Assembly: GCA_965216875.1 (NCBI GenBank)
Contig: OZ244207.1
Span: forward strand, 6,944,001 to 7,008,000
Reading direction: 5' to 3'
DNA length: 64,000 bases
Source of the DNA: Rubripirellula sp.
GTDB taxonomy: Bacteria > Planctomycetota > Planctomycetia > Pirellulales > Pirellulaceae
Part shown: in pieces, positions 1 through 9,129 of the stretch
Numbering within the stretch: position 1 is the first letter of the stretch
Layout: every line of letters begins with the position of its first letter
Translations under genes and position numbers: made by a program
The notes under the pieces: generated by a model
The model's database searches: none
Seen by the model: only the letters and a program-made list of their open reading frames with translations
What the model was told of the DNA's origin: nothing

Positions 1-2
1 AT

Positions 3-749
3 AGCAATGCAGTCGACGCCCGAGCCGACATCTATTCGCTCGGTTGCACCGTGTTTTACTTACTTACTGGACGCAGTCCGTTTGATGGTGACACGGTTGC
101 AAAACGTCTGGCAAAGCATCAAACGGCGGCAGTTCCCGATGTAAGGGCCTTTCGCAAGGATTGTCCGGCGGCCTTTGCAGAACTGATTATGCGGATGATG
201 GCCAAGCGGCCCGATGATCGTCCCAAAAGTGCGGTGGAACTGCTCGCTCAACTGCGCCGCCTTGCCGGTGTCCCAAGCGGATCGGTAGGAAAGAGTCTCC
301 GAGGCGTTAAGCCAGCCAGCGACACGGTTGTTGATGCCGAGGTGTATCAGGCAACGATTGACGACACATCGCTCTCGGCCGATGGCGAAGTGGAAGTTGT
401 CGAGGTTGCCGAGGAGTTTGACTTTGGTACGCTGCCGCCGGTTGAGAATCTACCGGCCGTGCCAAATACGACTGGTCTCAATCCAGTGCTGCAGCCACCT
501 GCAAAAGCACCAGGGCAGGTTCCCGCAAAGCCTGCCAGGCCTGCTAAAAAGCCAGTATCAAATGCGGAGGGTGGTAACCAACAGTTGCTACTCGGAATTG
601 GTTTAGCTGTGGCGATTATCGCCCTGCTGGCGGTTGTCGGGATGGGGATCGCTTCGGTTTTGAAGCCTCCGCCAAGCCAGGCACCCCGAATAAAGACGGT
701 CGAAATGGGCAAGGATGGCGGACCCAAAGTGTTGGTGATTCAAGAATAA
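3..749 (+). CDS. Ser/Thr protein kinase (Hanks type), 5'-truncated by window edge, with C-terminal TM helix
   Basis: Frame is open from nt 3: VDARADIYSLGCTVFYLLTGRSPF (subdomain IX) ... MMAKRPDDRP (XI); Pro-rich linker; hydrophobic LLLGIGLAVAIIALLAVVGMGIASV. Confidence 0.92.
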   Translation, partial: SNAVDARADIYSLGCTVFYLLTGRSPFDGDTVAKRLAKHQTAAVPDVRAFRKDCPAAFAELIMRMMAKRPDDRPKSAVELLAQLRRLAGVPSGSVGKSLRGVKPASDTVVDAEVYQATIDDTSLSADGEVEVVEVAEEFDFGTLPPVENLPAVPNTTGLNPVLQPPAKAPGQVPAKPARPAKKPVSNAEGGNQQLLLGIGLAVAIIALLAVVGMGIASVLKPPPSQAPRIKTVEMGKDGGPKVLVIQE

Positions 750-818
750 CTTCGATTCCCCTTGGCGGTGCGTCGGCATCGAAATTCATTGTTGCGATCA
801 GGTATTACCGAATCGACT

Positions 819-1661
819 ATGCCGCGACTTGTGCTTCAAACCGGCAGCCACGCCGGTTTGGAGGCTCCGCTTCAAGCTGGCTTCTACATGATTGGTCGGC
901 ATAAGGAGTGTCAGATTCGTCCGAAGAGCCGATCCGTTAGCCGCCGGCACTGCATTGTTCACCGGCACGACCAAGGTGTGCGTGTACTCGATCTGGATAG
1001 CACGAGTGGGACGCGAATTGACGAGGAGCGGCTTGTGCCGAAGACATGGGCCGAGCTAACGAGCGGTTCCATTTTGCGGGTCGGGAAAATCAGTTTCAAA
1101 GTGGTGTTCGAGGAGCTTCAGTCGGCCGGAAAACACGCAGTCGTTGCGGCAGATGCGGCCGCGGAAGGGTCGCAAACGATGGTCACCGGCGCAGCTTGGC
1201 AAGAAGCGGACATTGCCGAATACCTCGACACCGAAGACGCGGCTGACCAAGAGCGGCGTTACGATGCCATTCGGTCGGGAACGCAATCCATGACCGACAC
1301 GATCGCAGGCGATGGGTTGCCTGATTTGGATGATCCCGACGCGTTGGTCGACGATGATCAGGACACGGATACTGATATTGAAGCACCTGAGGCAGAGGCA
1401 TCCGCTGGTACGCAAGCCAGGGGCAAGGTCGAAACGGCGCCTAGCACCACGAAAACCAAGAAAGTCCCGAAGCGTTTCGGGAAGCTGCCCAAGAAGAAGA
1501 AACGCCCCACGGGCGCTGGCGGAGGTCTGTTTAGTGACATCGAACGGTTGAAGATGATCGGTGCCGCGCTTTTGCTGGTGACCACCATTGGCGTTCTCGG
1601 CTATAGCGGTTACCGATTTTTTGCTGGCCCTGAAGTTCGGGTGATCGAGGGGATCGACTGA
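819..1661 (+). CDS. FHA-domain protein with acidic linker and C-terminal TM helix
   Basis: IGR..ECQIR..SRSVSRRHC...DLDSTSGT FHA motifs; start moved to ATG 819 (MPRLVLQ). Confidence 0.9.
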   Translation: MPRLVLQTGSHAGLEAPLQAGFYMIGRHKECQIRPKSRSVSRRHCIVHRHDQGVRVLDLDSTSGTRIDEERLVPKTWAELTSGSILRVGKISFKVVFEELQSAGKHAVVAADAAAEGSQTMVTGAAWQEADIAEYLDTEDAADQERRYDAIRSGTQSMTDTIAGDGLPDLDDPDALVDDDQDTDTDIEAPEAEASAGTQARGKVETAPSTTKTKKVPKRFGKLPKKKKRPTGAGGGLFSDIERLKMIGAALLLVTTIGVLGYSGYRFFAGPEVRVIEGID

Positions 1662-1728
1662 TTTCGCGTATCCAGGGTCCGCGCAACGCGGTTGTTTGCC
1701 GTTGTGCCGCCCATGAGCGCGGCCGCTT

Positions 1729-1872
1729 CTAGCGTTTTTTGCTGTTCTTTTGTTCGTTGCGCTCAAGAAATTTTGCCATTCTTTGGGCCTCCTTGCGTTC
1801 GCGTCGAACCGCACGCTCTTTGGGGTCAAAGAGGCCTGCAATCCAACGACGAATTCGGATGACTAGCTTCAT
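1729..1872 (-). CDS. Small basic hypothetical protein (47 aa)
   Basis: MKLVIRIRRWIAGLFDPKERAVRRERKEAQRMAK...; fits the intergenic space and has helical charged composition; no family recognised. Confidence 0.35.
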   Translation of the reverse strand: MKLVIRIRRWIAGLFDPKERAVRRERKEAQRMAKFLERNEQKNSKKR

Positions 1873-2269
1873 ATCGCGTCCATCGCGGGGCCGGCGAATC
1901 GTCAAAGAGGTCAAAAGTTGACCGGGCCAGAATCGAACTGGCATTGCGGGACGACCTAATCCCACTGCTCACCAATACGCCGCCGGTCTGTGGTTGCGTC
2001 TCCCTCTTCGCGGCATGCGTTCATTGCAACCAGGTCAAGGGAGGGCGTGATGGCCATGGTTTAATAGGTTCAGCTCTCTTGTCGACACAAAACTGAAGAC
2101 TTCGATCCCCTTTTGATCATTCTTCATCCGCTCTGGAAACCTTCTTCATAACTATTGGTTCCGTGGCGCGTTTCCCATTCCCCGGAACGTCCTTGTGGAA
2201 GACTTTGCGCTAGACAGCACGAATGCTGTGGCAGTTGCTCCGCATCGGGTCTGGCGTTCTGAGGCAGGG

Positions 2270-2304
2270 ATCAACATGAAGAATCAACATGAAGAATCGA
2301 TGAA
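2270..2304. repeat. 13-bp direct repeat ATCAACATGAAGA x2 plus degenerate third copy
   Basis: 2270-2282 and 2283-2295 are identical; ATCGATGAA follows. Confidence 0.75.
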
Positions 2305-2599
2305 CCGAATCTCGGCTTCGTAGCACACATGTTTGACCGGATGCGGAAGCGTCTAACAGCAGCTTGCACTTTATGGTGGCGCCTGGCGCCCTAAGCAGTC
2401 GGGGCCAGGAGTTTCGAAATCCTTCGCGCTTGTGAAGAATCAAATTGTTCTGGCGATTGCGGTTGAAATCGTCGATCAGCTTCAGAACATTCAGCACACG
2501 AGCGTTGGGCAGGAGCAACATTGCTTCCTGAATCCCCAGATTGGGAATTCTCAGCTCCAACACTCTACCCTCACATTTTCTTCACAAGGGCCTGTTTCA

Positions 2600-3844
2600 A
2601 TGTCGCTCAACTTTGGCGGGAAAGCATTGGACTCAGCAGACAGGATTGCCGGCAAGATGCGGCGACACGGTTTCACACTGATCGAACTCCTGGTGGTTAT
2701 CTCGATCATCGGTATTTTGGCTGCTCTCTTGTTGCCAGCGGTTTCAAAGGCACGCGAAAGTGCACGCGGCGTTGAGTGTCAGAACAACCTCAAAAACATG
2801 GGCGTGTTGCTGACCAGTCGCACGGTGACTGCGCCGGATGGCGCCTTTTGTTCGGGCAGCTTTGATCCCATTCGCGATGGCGTTCCGACCGAAACGGGTT
2901 GGGTTGCAGACCTTGTCGCTCGCGGCGCGATCGTCAGCGAAATGCGTTGTCCAAGCAATGCGGCAGTGACAAGCAAAGCGATTGAGCAACTTTTGACGGT
3001 CCCCCACGCCGACTTGTCGAATACTCAATGTGGTGACCTTTTGGGAAGCGTGTCGTACACCGACGCGATGGGCCAATCGGTCGTGAATATCAGTCGCAAG
3101 ATTGTTGACGATTCACTTGCACCGCTTGATCCGGCAAGGGCCGAGTTGATCGACGAAAAGATGCTCCAGCAAGGATACAACACGAACTTCGCAGCGAGTT
3201 GGTTTCTCGTTCGCAGCGAGTTTCGGCTCAACGAAGACGGCGATTTGACGCCAGCGGACCCAGCGTGCATGGATACCGACCCGAAAGGCAAGAACGTCAC
3301 GCGCGGCCCACTGACAACCCGCTTGGTCGACAACGGAAAAGCCCCGGCGAGCACGATTCCTTTGTTGTCCGACGCGGCAGCAGTTGGTTTCTTGTCTGCC
3401 CAGGTTGGTGAATTGCCGAGCGGCTCGTTCTACACCACTCCGATTGTCGGATCGCCGATCGGCAATCGGGCACAGATTGATACCAACGCTGACGGGACAG
3501 CAGATGCGATGAATCCCCACTTCATGGAAGTCCCGAGTTTCGGTGGTTCTGTTCCGCGTGAAGGGGCGACAGGTTGGCTAAAGACTTGGAGCTATGACAC
3601 GCGTCAAGACTACCGCGGCATGGCGACTTTGCATCAAGGGGTTTGCAACGTGTTGATGGCAGACGGCAGTGTCCAGGCATTGCTCGACGCGAACGACGAC
3701 GGCTTTTTGAACAACGGCTTCGACGGTGCCGAGACGGCGCCGCAGCCAGGCGGTGTTGTGTTTTGGACTTCTTCGGACGTCGAAGCGGGGCCTTTGGATC
3801 TGGCAAGCTACTATTCGCTGACCTCGAAAGGCGAGCAGAACTAG
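2600..3844 (+). CDS. DUF1559-family prepilin-type N-terminal cleavage/methylation protein
   Basis: [40 protein letters not shown]-terminal H-x9-DG ([12 protein letters not shown]); start ATG 2600 (2657 also possible). Confidence 0.92.
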   Translation: MSLNFGGKALDSADRIAGKMRRHGFTLIELLVVISIIGILAALLLPAVSKARESARGVECQNNLKNMGVLLTSRTVTAPDGAFCSGSFDPIRDGVPTETGWVADLVARGAIVSEMRCPSNAAVTSKAIEQLLTVPHADLSNTQCGDLLGSVSYTDAMGQSVVNISRKIVDDSLAPLDPARAELIDEKMLQQGYNTNFAASWFLVRSEFRLNEDGDLTPADPACMDTDPKGKNVTRGPLTTRLVDNGKAPASTIPLLSDAAAVGFLSAQVGELPSGSFYTTPIVGSPIGNRAQIDTNADGTADAMNPHFMEVPSFGGSVPREGATGWLKTWSYDTRQDYRGMATLHQGVCNVLMADGSVQALLDANDDGFLNNGFDGAETAPQPGGVVFWTSSDVEAGPLDLASYYSLTSKGEQN

Positions 3845-4228
3845 AAATGAGTCATCGGTTCTTATCTCGAGACGCTCAAGTTGTCTCAGGCTATTCAACC
3901 AAGAAGGAGATGCGACCTAACCACATTCCATTGCGATAAAGCTTAGGCCGCGTGTCACTTGACACGATAGACGATGTTCATCACGTCGTCGCAGCAAGAC
4001 AGAGAGCAGTCTCTGAAATGAAGACACTGACACCGGGCGATTGAGTCGGCGTCGTGTTTAGCAAGTTTTTAATGATTTGTTTACGGCAGAGTGAGTGACG
4101 TTCCCGGTGATCCGATCCGTGGCGTCGGAAAGGACTCCCTTTTTGGGACCGTCACCACACTCCACACCTCTACCCATTCTGGACAAATGGGATTGTTCCC
4201 GTCCAGAGAAAAACTAGGGAATTCAAGA

Positions 4229-5518
4229 ATGTCGCGTATGCGAAAAGCAGGTTTTACCCTGATCGAACTGTTGGTGGTTATCGCCATCATCGCTCTGTTG
4301 GCCGCGTTGTTGCTGCCAGCAATCACCAAGGCACGTGAAGCTGCTCGTGCAGCTCAATGCCAAGCCAACCTCAAGAACATTGGCGTTGGTCTGTTCAAGT
4401 ACAGCGTCCGTAACCCAGGTGGCGCTTTCTGTAGCGGTGCAAGCGACTTCCGTCGCGACGGTTGCATGGACACCTACGGTTGGGTTGCTGACATTGTCAA
4501 CATCGGCGATGGCAACATGAACGAGTCTCTCGACCCAAGTAACCCTCTTCGTGGTTCGGAAAAGCTGAACGACTTGCTCGGCTCGGACACGACTGACAAC
4601 AAAGACAACGCTCCATTGGTTCGTTTGGCTGCTGGCGTTTGTGGCGACACTTCGTGGGCTGGCGTGACAGGAAGTGGTGGTACCACCTTCTTCGCTGCAA
4701 CGACGAACAACTCGGAAGAGCGTGCAGAGCTCATCTCGCGTGCCTTCCTCACCGAAGGCTACAACACCAACTACGCAGCTGGTTGGCACTTGGTGCGCGG
4801 CATGATCAAGACCGAATCGGTTGACGTTGGTGGCGGTGTCATTGAAATGATCAGCCACTCGACTTTCGACCAATACAAAGGTATTGGCGGAACGACTGGT
4901 CCTCTGACTGCAAACACTCTTGACCGCAGCCGCATCAGCAGCAGCAATATTGGCTTCATCGGTTGTGCATCGCCTGGCGATATCGACGAAGCGATTTTGA
5001 ACGTCACTCTGTCGCACGACGGAATCACCCGCAACGTTTTCGCTAACGGCACCGACGACGCAGTTGAGTACATCACTGCTGGTTCGCTCTTGACCGAAGC
5101 GTTCAACGACGGTCCTGCCTACTGGAATGGTTCAGCTAACGTGATCGACCTGATCGGTGACAGCGAAAACCTTGAAACTCAACTTACCTGTGAGCGTTCG
5201 GCTCCAACGACCAGCCAATGTGGTGAGCCACTTGGTCCTAACGGAACTTTGGCTGCTCGCACTGCAACCTACTTGCAAGACACCCGTGACTGGTACGCCA
5301 TTCACCAAGGTTCGTGCAACATCCTGATGGGTGACGGTAGCGTAAAGGTTTTCTACGACAACAACGCAGACGGATTCCTGAACCCAGGTTTCCCAGTTTC
5401 CGCTGCTGCTGATCCAGCTGCAGTTGGTTACAGCGACAGCACCGTTGAAATGGCTCGCGACCAGTTCTTTGGTGGCATGTTCATCAACGACCAATACTTC
5501 AAGGGTGCGTTCGAATAA
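4229..5518 (+). CDS. DUF1559-family prepilin-type protein, likely highly expressed
   Basis: [46 protein letters not shown]; strong GCT/GGT/TTC/AAC codon bias. Confidence 0.93.
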   Translation: MSRMRKAGFTLIELLVVIAIIALLAALLLPAITKAREAARAAQCQANLKNIGVGLFKYSVRNPGGAFCSGASDFRRDGCMDTYGWVADIVNIGDGNMNESLDPSNPLRGSEKLNDLLGSDTTDNKDNAPLVRLAAGVCGDTSWAGVTGSGGTTFFAATTNNSEERAELISRAFLTEGYNTNYAAGWHLVRGMIKTESVDVGGGVIEMISHSTFDQYKGIGGTTGPLTANTLDRSRISSSNIGFIGCASPGDIDEAILNVTLSHDGITRNVFANGTDDAVEYITAGSLLTEAFNDGPAYWNGSANVIDLIGDSENLETQLTCERSAPTTSQCGEPLGPNGTLAARTATYLQDTRDWYAIHQGSCNILMGDGSVKVFYDNNADGFLNPGFPVSAAADPAAVGYSDSTVEMARDQFFGGMFINDQYFKGAFE

Positions 5519-5551
5519 TCGACGCTCAATATTTGAATCGAATGAAATGGC

Positions 5552-5584
5552 GCCCCCGCAGTTTTTAACCGCGGGGGCCTTTTT
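5552..5584 (+). terminator. Rho-independent terminator
   Basis: GCCCCCGC...GCGGGGGC stem followed by CTTTTT. Confidence 0.8.
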
Positions 5585-5617
5585 GCTACAGAAACGAAAG
5601 ACTTGACCTTAACAACC

Positions 5618-6817
5618 ATGAAACAGTTTTCGAAAAGGCTGATTGCCGGCGTCGTCGGGCTTGCAGCATTTGGCGTGTCTGGTTCCTGTCTCGCACTTCT
5701 TGTTGAGTACAAGCCATACGGTGTGTCGGATCGTCAACGGGGCGAATACGAACAGAAGGTTGCAGAGATTCATAGCCGCCAGAAGCTTCTAAAGGATCTG
5801 AAAGACCAAGCCAAACCGGTCGTTGAGGTAAAAGACACCATCCATGATTTCGGTATGCTTGACCCGCATACCACTGCCGTGCACGCCTTTACGGTTAGCA
5901 ACAAGGGTGAGCACCCGCTCAAACTTGAAGTGCGCGATACCAGCTGCAAGTGCACCGTCGGAAAGCTCACCAATAACCTTCTCGGGCCAGGCGAAAGCAC
6001 AAAAGTGACCATGACCTGGAACACTGGCTACAAAGCCGACACCTACGAGCAAACCGCGACGCTCATCACCAACGATCCGCTAAAGGAATCGATTCAGCTG
6101 AAGGTGAAAGGCGAAGTGCGAGCCGAGTTTGTCGCGCCCAAGCGAGTGAGCTTCACAGCGATTGATCCCGCCGAAACGGCGACAGCCGAGTTTGTGGTTT
6201 ACAGCCAGCTTTGGGATGACTTTCAGATCACCGAACTGAAATGTGATTTGGAAGGTTTTCAGTGGCACGCCGAACCAACCGATGTCGACGCTGCGGGCCT
6301 AATCGATGTTGACGCAAAATCGGCCTGGAAAGTCACCTTGTATGCCAGTCGGTTTGAATACGGCAAATTCGAAAGCGATCTCGAGTTGATGGCCTCCCCA
6401 ACATCGGGCGGAGATGACGTGACTCGAACCATCGTGGCCGCTGGTCGTGTGCGAGCGGCGATCGGATTCACCGGTCCTAACCTACATAAGACGGATGGAC
6501 TGGATATTGGCACGCTCGTCTCGGGCAAGGAGCATCAGTTTCACGTCGTTGTCCGTACCCGAGATCAGGGGCAGCGAAGCATCGAAGTTCTTGACGTTCA
6601 GCCGCAAGAGCTGACAGCGAGCCTGGAACCAACGACCCAGGAGGGTGCATACCGGCTGACGTTGACCGTGCCAGCTGATTGCGATTCGGTTGTGTTCAAC
6701 ATGGGCCATCAACACGGCTACGTTCAGGTCGGCGATCCCAAAGACGAGCGGTACTCAAACTGGTTTCCGGTCTTCGGCGCCGTCGCCTCGCTTGAGAACG
6801 CCGCAGCAAAGAACTAA
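5618..6817 (+). CDS. DUF1573 (Ig-like/ASH-like) domain protein with N-terminal membrane anchor
   Basis: HDFG...HAFTVSNKGEHPLKL....SCKCTV....LGPGEST...ITNDP. Confidence 0.85.
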   Translation: MKQFSKRLIAGVVGLAAFGVSGSCLALLVEYKPYGVSDRQRGEYEQKVAEIHSRQKLLKDLKDQAKPVVEVKDTIHDFGMLDPHTTAVHAFTVSNKGEHPLKLEVRDTSCKCTVGKLTNNLLGPGESTKVTMTWNTGYKADTYEQTATLITNDPLKESIQLKVKGEVRAEFVAPKRVSFTAIDPAETATAEFVVYSQLWDDFQITELKCDLEGFQWHAEPTDVDAAGLIDVDAKSAWKVTLYASRFEYGKFESDLELMASPTSGGDDVTRTIVAAGRVRAAIGFTGPNLHKTDGLDIGTLVSGKEHQFHVVVRTRDQGQRSIEVLDVQPQELTASLEPTTQEGAYRLTLTVPADCDSVVFNMGHQHGYVQVGDPKDERYSNWFPVFGAVASLENAAAKN

Positions 6818-6879
6818 GTGCTGGCGGTGATACCTCCTATCACAGTGAGGCGATCGGTGGTCTCGAATATGCCACAAGG

Positions 6880-9120
6880 TTGAGTTCAAAAACAGCATCC
6901 GAAGCCGAAGTACATATCAGAATGCAACCCGGAAGTAATTCATTGAAAGCAGCAGAGTTGGTTCAGTGCGGCGCCTGCGGGCACGCGAATTCATCGGGCA
7001 CAAACTTCTGCGAAGGATGTGGTCACAATCTCTACGAGCCATGTGGCAATTGCGGTAAGTCCGTTGTTCTCACTCAAAAATTCTGTGGTGCCTGCGGTGC
7101 CGATTTGGAAGAAGCCACTGCCAGGACTCACAAGCAGCACGAACATTGGATGGCCACGGCGGTTGAATCGGCAAAGAACTATGACTTTGATCATGCGGCC
7201 GCCTTGCTCGGGCGGATCGCATCCCTAACCGACTATCGCTACAAAGAAGCAGCCGATGGCGCTGCGACGGCGATCGAGAAAATCGAGGCGATGAAGAAGC
7301 GGTCAATGGATCAAGCCGCTGAAATGTACACGCGTGCGAAAGCCGAAGCGGACAAGGGGAATCACTTGGCAGTCGTTCGCCTGCTAAAGCAGATCCCCGA
7401 AAAACTGATGAGCGAGGATGCCAAGAAGATCCTCAATCGTGTCCAGGCCTATACCAATGAGTTGTCGGAACTGGAATCGGCCGTCCAGCAAGCCATCGCC
7501 GAAAAGAACTGGCAGCTTGTTGGGGGACTCGTTGAGCAGTTGTTAAGTCATTCCCCCGAAGAGCAAGCCTATTTGCAGATCGCAGAGCAAGTCGGCAAAC
7601 GTCTGCGGAAAGAGGCGCAAGCCTACTTTGAAAAAGGTCGCTACGATCGCGCTGTCGAACGGCTTGAATCGGTGCCATCTTGTGCCCAACCGGAATCGTT
7701 CGACCAGACGCGTCAGCGATACGATGACACTCTCTGGCTTTCGCGACAATTTGACGACGAGCCTTATGTGACGCCACTGCTCGGTCGCTTGGCCGTTCGT
7801 TTTTCGAAAGACGTTCCTGAAAACAAAGAGGCGGCCGAGCAGGTCAAGCAATTTGCCGGGCACCTCAAGACATCCAAACGACCGCCACGTAGTCCCTACC
7901 CCGCGTGGAAAGGCTCTGCAGCTGCGTGGATTGGCGGCGATGCAACGCTGTTGGGATTCCCAACGGCGATTGAGATCGGTGACCACAATCTGTTGAAGTC
8001 GTGTGGTGCGCGTTTTCACGTTGCGATTGGGTTGTCACTTCAGGGGCTTGGTCACGCTCGAGTGAGTGAGCATTTCGCGCCCAAGAAAGGGCTGTTCAAG
8101 TCTATCGGTTGGCGAAAAAAGAAGCCGGTTTGGGGCATTGATCTTGGCAGTGCGTCGATCAAGGCCGTTTGTCTTGAAGAGACCGATGACGGCATCACAG
8201 TGATCGATACCTACTACAACGAATTTGAAGCACCAACCTGCCGCACATCGGGCGTAGACGCACAGGATGTGATTCAAGAAGCGGTCACACGTTTTGCCGA
8301 AGAGAAAGAAATCGGTGACACCCCGGTTTGGATCAACGTACCCGCAGCCGATTTGGTGAACCGGTTTGTGCGACTGCCGCCGGTCTCGGACAAGCAGGCC
8401 GACAATCTGTTGACCGCTGAAATCGATCAAAAGATCCCCATTCCGGCAGAAGATCTGTCGGTCGTTCGCTGGCTCGGTGAGCAACCGCCCGACGACGCAC
8501 AAGGTCGCCCTGCATTGGTTTCGGCGGCCAAACGTACCGTTGTCGAGCAACGCTATGAACTGCTTACCGAAGCGGGGTTGAAGATCGCTGGCTTTCAGGG
8601 CGATCCGATTGCGATGGTGAATTTCCTTGCCTTTGAGTTCTCGGACCTGATTTCGCCGCCAGAGGACGAACCAGAACCGAAGAAGAAAAAAAAGAAAAAG
8701 GACAAGCAAGAGGAAGAAGTTCCCGCGTTTGACCCAGATGCGAAATCAACAGCGATCGCAGCGATCGAATCGGGCGCGAAATCGACCACGTTGATTATCG
8801 TTTCGGGCGAAGCGCACTGGTTCTGGAGTCTTGAAACAGGTGGTGAGGACCTCACATCAGCGCTTGCAAGGGCAACCAAGCAAACGCACGCCGAGGCCGA
8901 GAAACAAAAGCGAAATCCAGCAGCGATCGAGAAGCCCTCGAAGCACTATCAGGCTGTGTCACAACGATTAGATGAAACACGTGCCCGCCTGGAAAAGGCC
9001 TATGAAGATGCCCAACGCCAAAACACTCGATTTGACGTAGTTGAAAGTTGGGCGATGGGGGGCGGTTGCTTGGCTCATCAATGGATGCGCCGAACGATGT
9101 TAAAGCAAAGAGTGGACTGA
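6880..9120 (+). CDS. Double zinc-ribbon + helical region + PilM-like actin-fold ATPase domain protein
   Basis: CGAC/CEGC/CGNC/CGAC N-terminus; WGIDLGSASIKAV, RFVRLPPV, IESGAKST, GGEDLTSALA...AEAEKQK, MGGG are PilM/FtsA motifs; start uncertain (6880 or 6922). Confidence 0.8.
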   Translation: MSSKTASEAEVHIRMQPGSNSLKAAELVQCGACGHANSSGTNFCEGCGHNLYEPCGNCGKSVVLTQKFCGACGADLEEATARTHKQHEHWMATAVESAKNYDFDHAAALLGRIASLTDYRYKEAADGAATAIEKIEAMKKRSMDQAAEMYTRAKAEADKGNHLAVVRLLKQIPEKLMSEDAKKILNRVQAYTNELSELESAVQQAIAEKNWQLVGGLVEQLLSHSPEEQAYLQIAEQVGKRLRKEAQAYFEKGRYDRAVERLESVPSCAQPESFDQTRQRYDDTLWLSRQFDDEPYVTPLLGRLAVRFSKDVPENKEAAEQVKQFAGHLKTSKRPPRSPYPAWKGSAAAWIGGDATLLGFPTAIEIGDHNLLKSCGARFHVAIGLSLQGLGHARVSEHFAPKKGLFKSIGWRKKKPVWGIDLGSASIKAVCLEETDDGITVIDTYYNEFEAPTCRTSGVDAQDVIQEAVTRFAEEKEIGDTPVWINVPAADLVNRFVRLPPVSDKQADNLLTAEIDQKIPIPAEDLSVVRWLGEQPPDDAQGRPALVSAAKRTVVEQRYELLTEAGLKIAGFQGDPIAMVNFLAFEFSDLISPPEDEPEPKKKKKKKDKQEEEVPAFDPDAKSTAIAAIESGAKSTTLIIVSGEAHWFWSLETGGEDLTSALARATKQTHAEAEKQKRNPAAIEKPSKHYQAVSQRLDETRARLEKAYEDAQRQNTRFDVVESWAMGGGCLAHQWMRRTMLKQRVD

Positions 9121-9129
9121 GGTAGCGAA

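Noticed and set aside
2229..2244. Sigma54-like TGGCAG...CCGCA
   Set aside because: GG/GC spacing fits but the conserved TTGC is missing; too weak to call
8680..8700. A-rich tract (A8) as a phase-variation or frameshift site
   Set aside because: Encodes an in-frame poly-Lys loop, the ORF is intact, and the run is short
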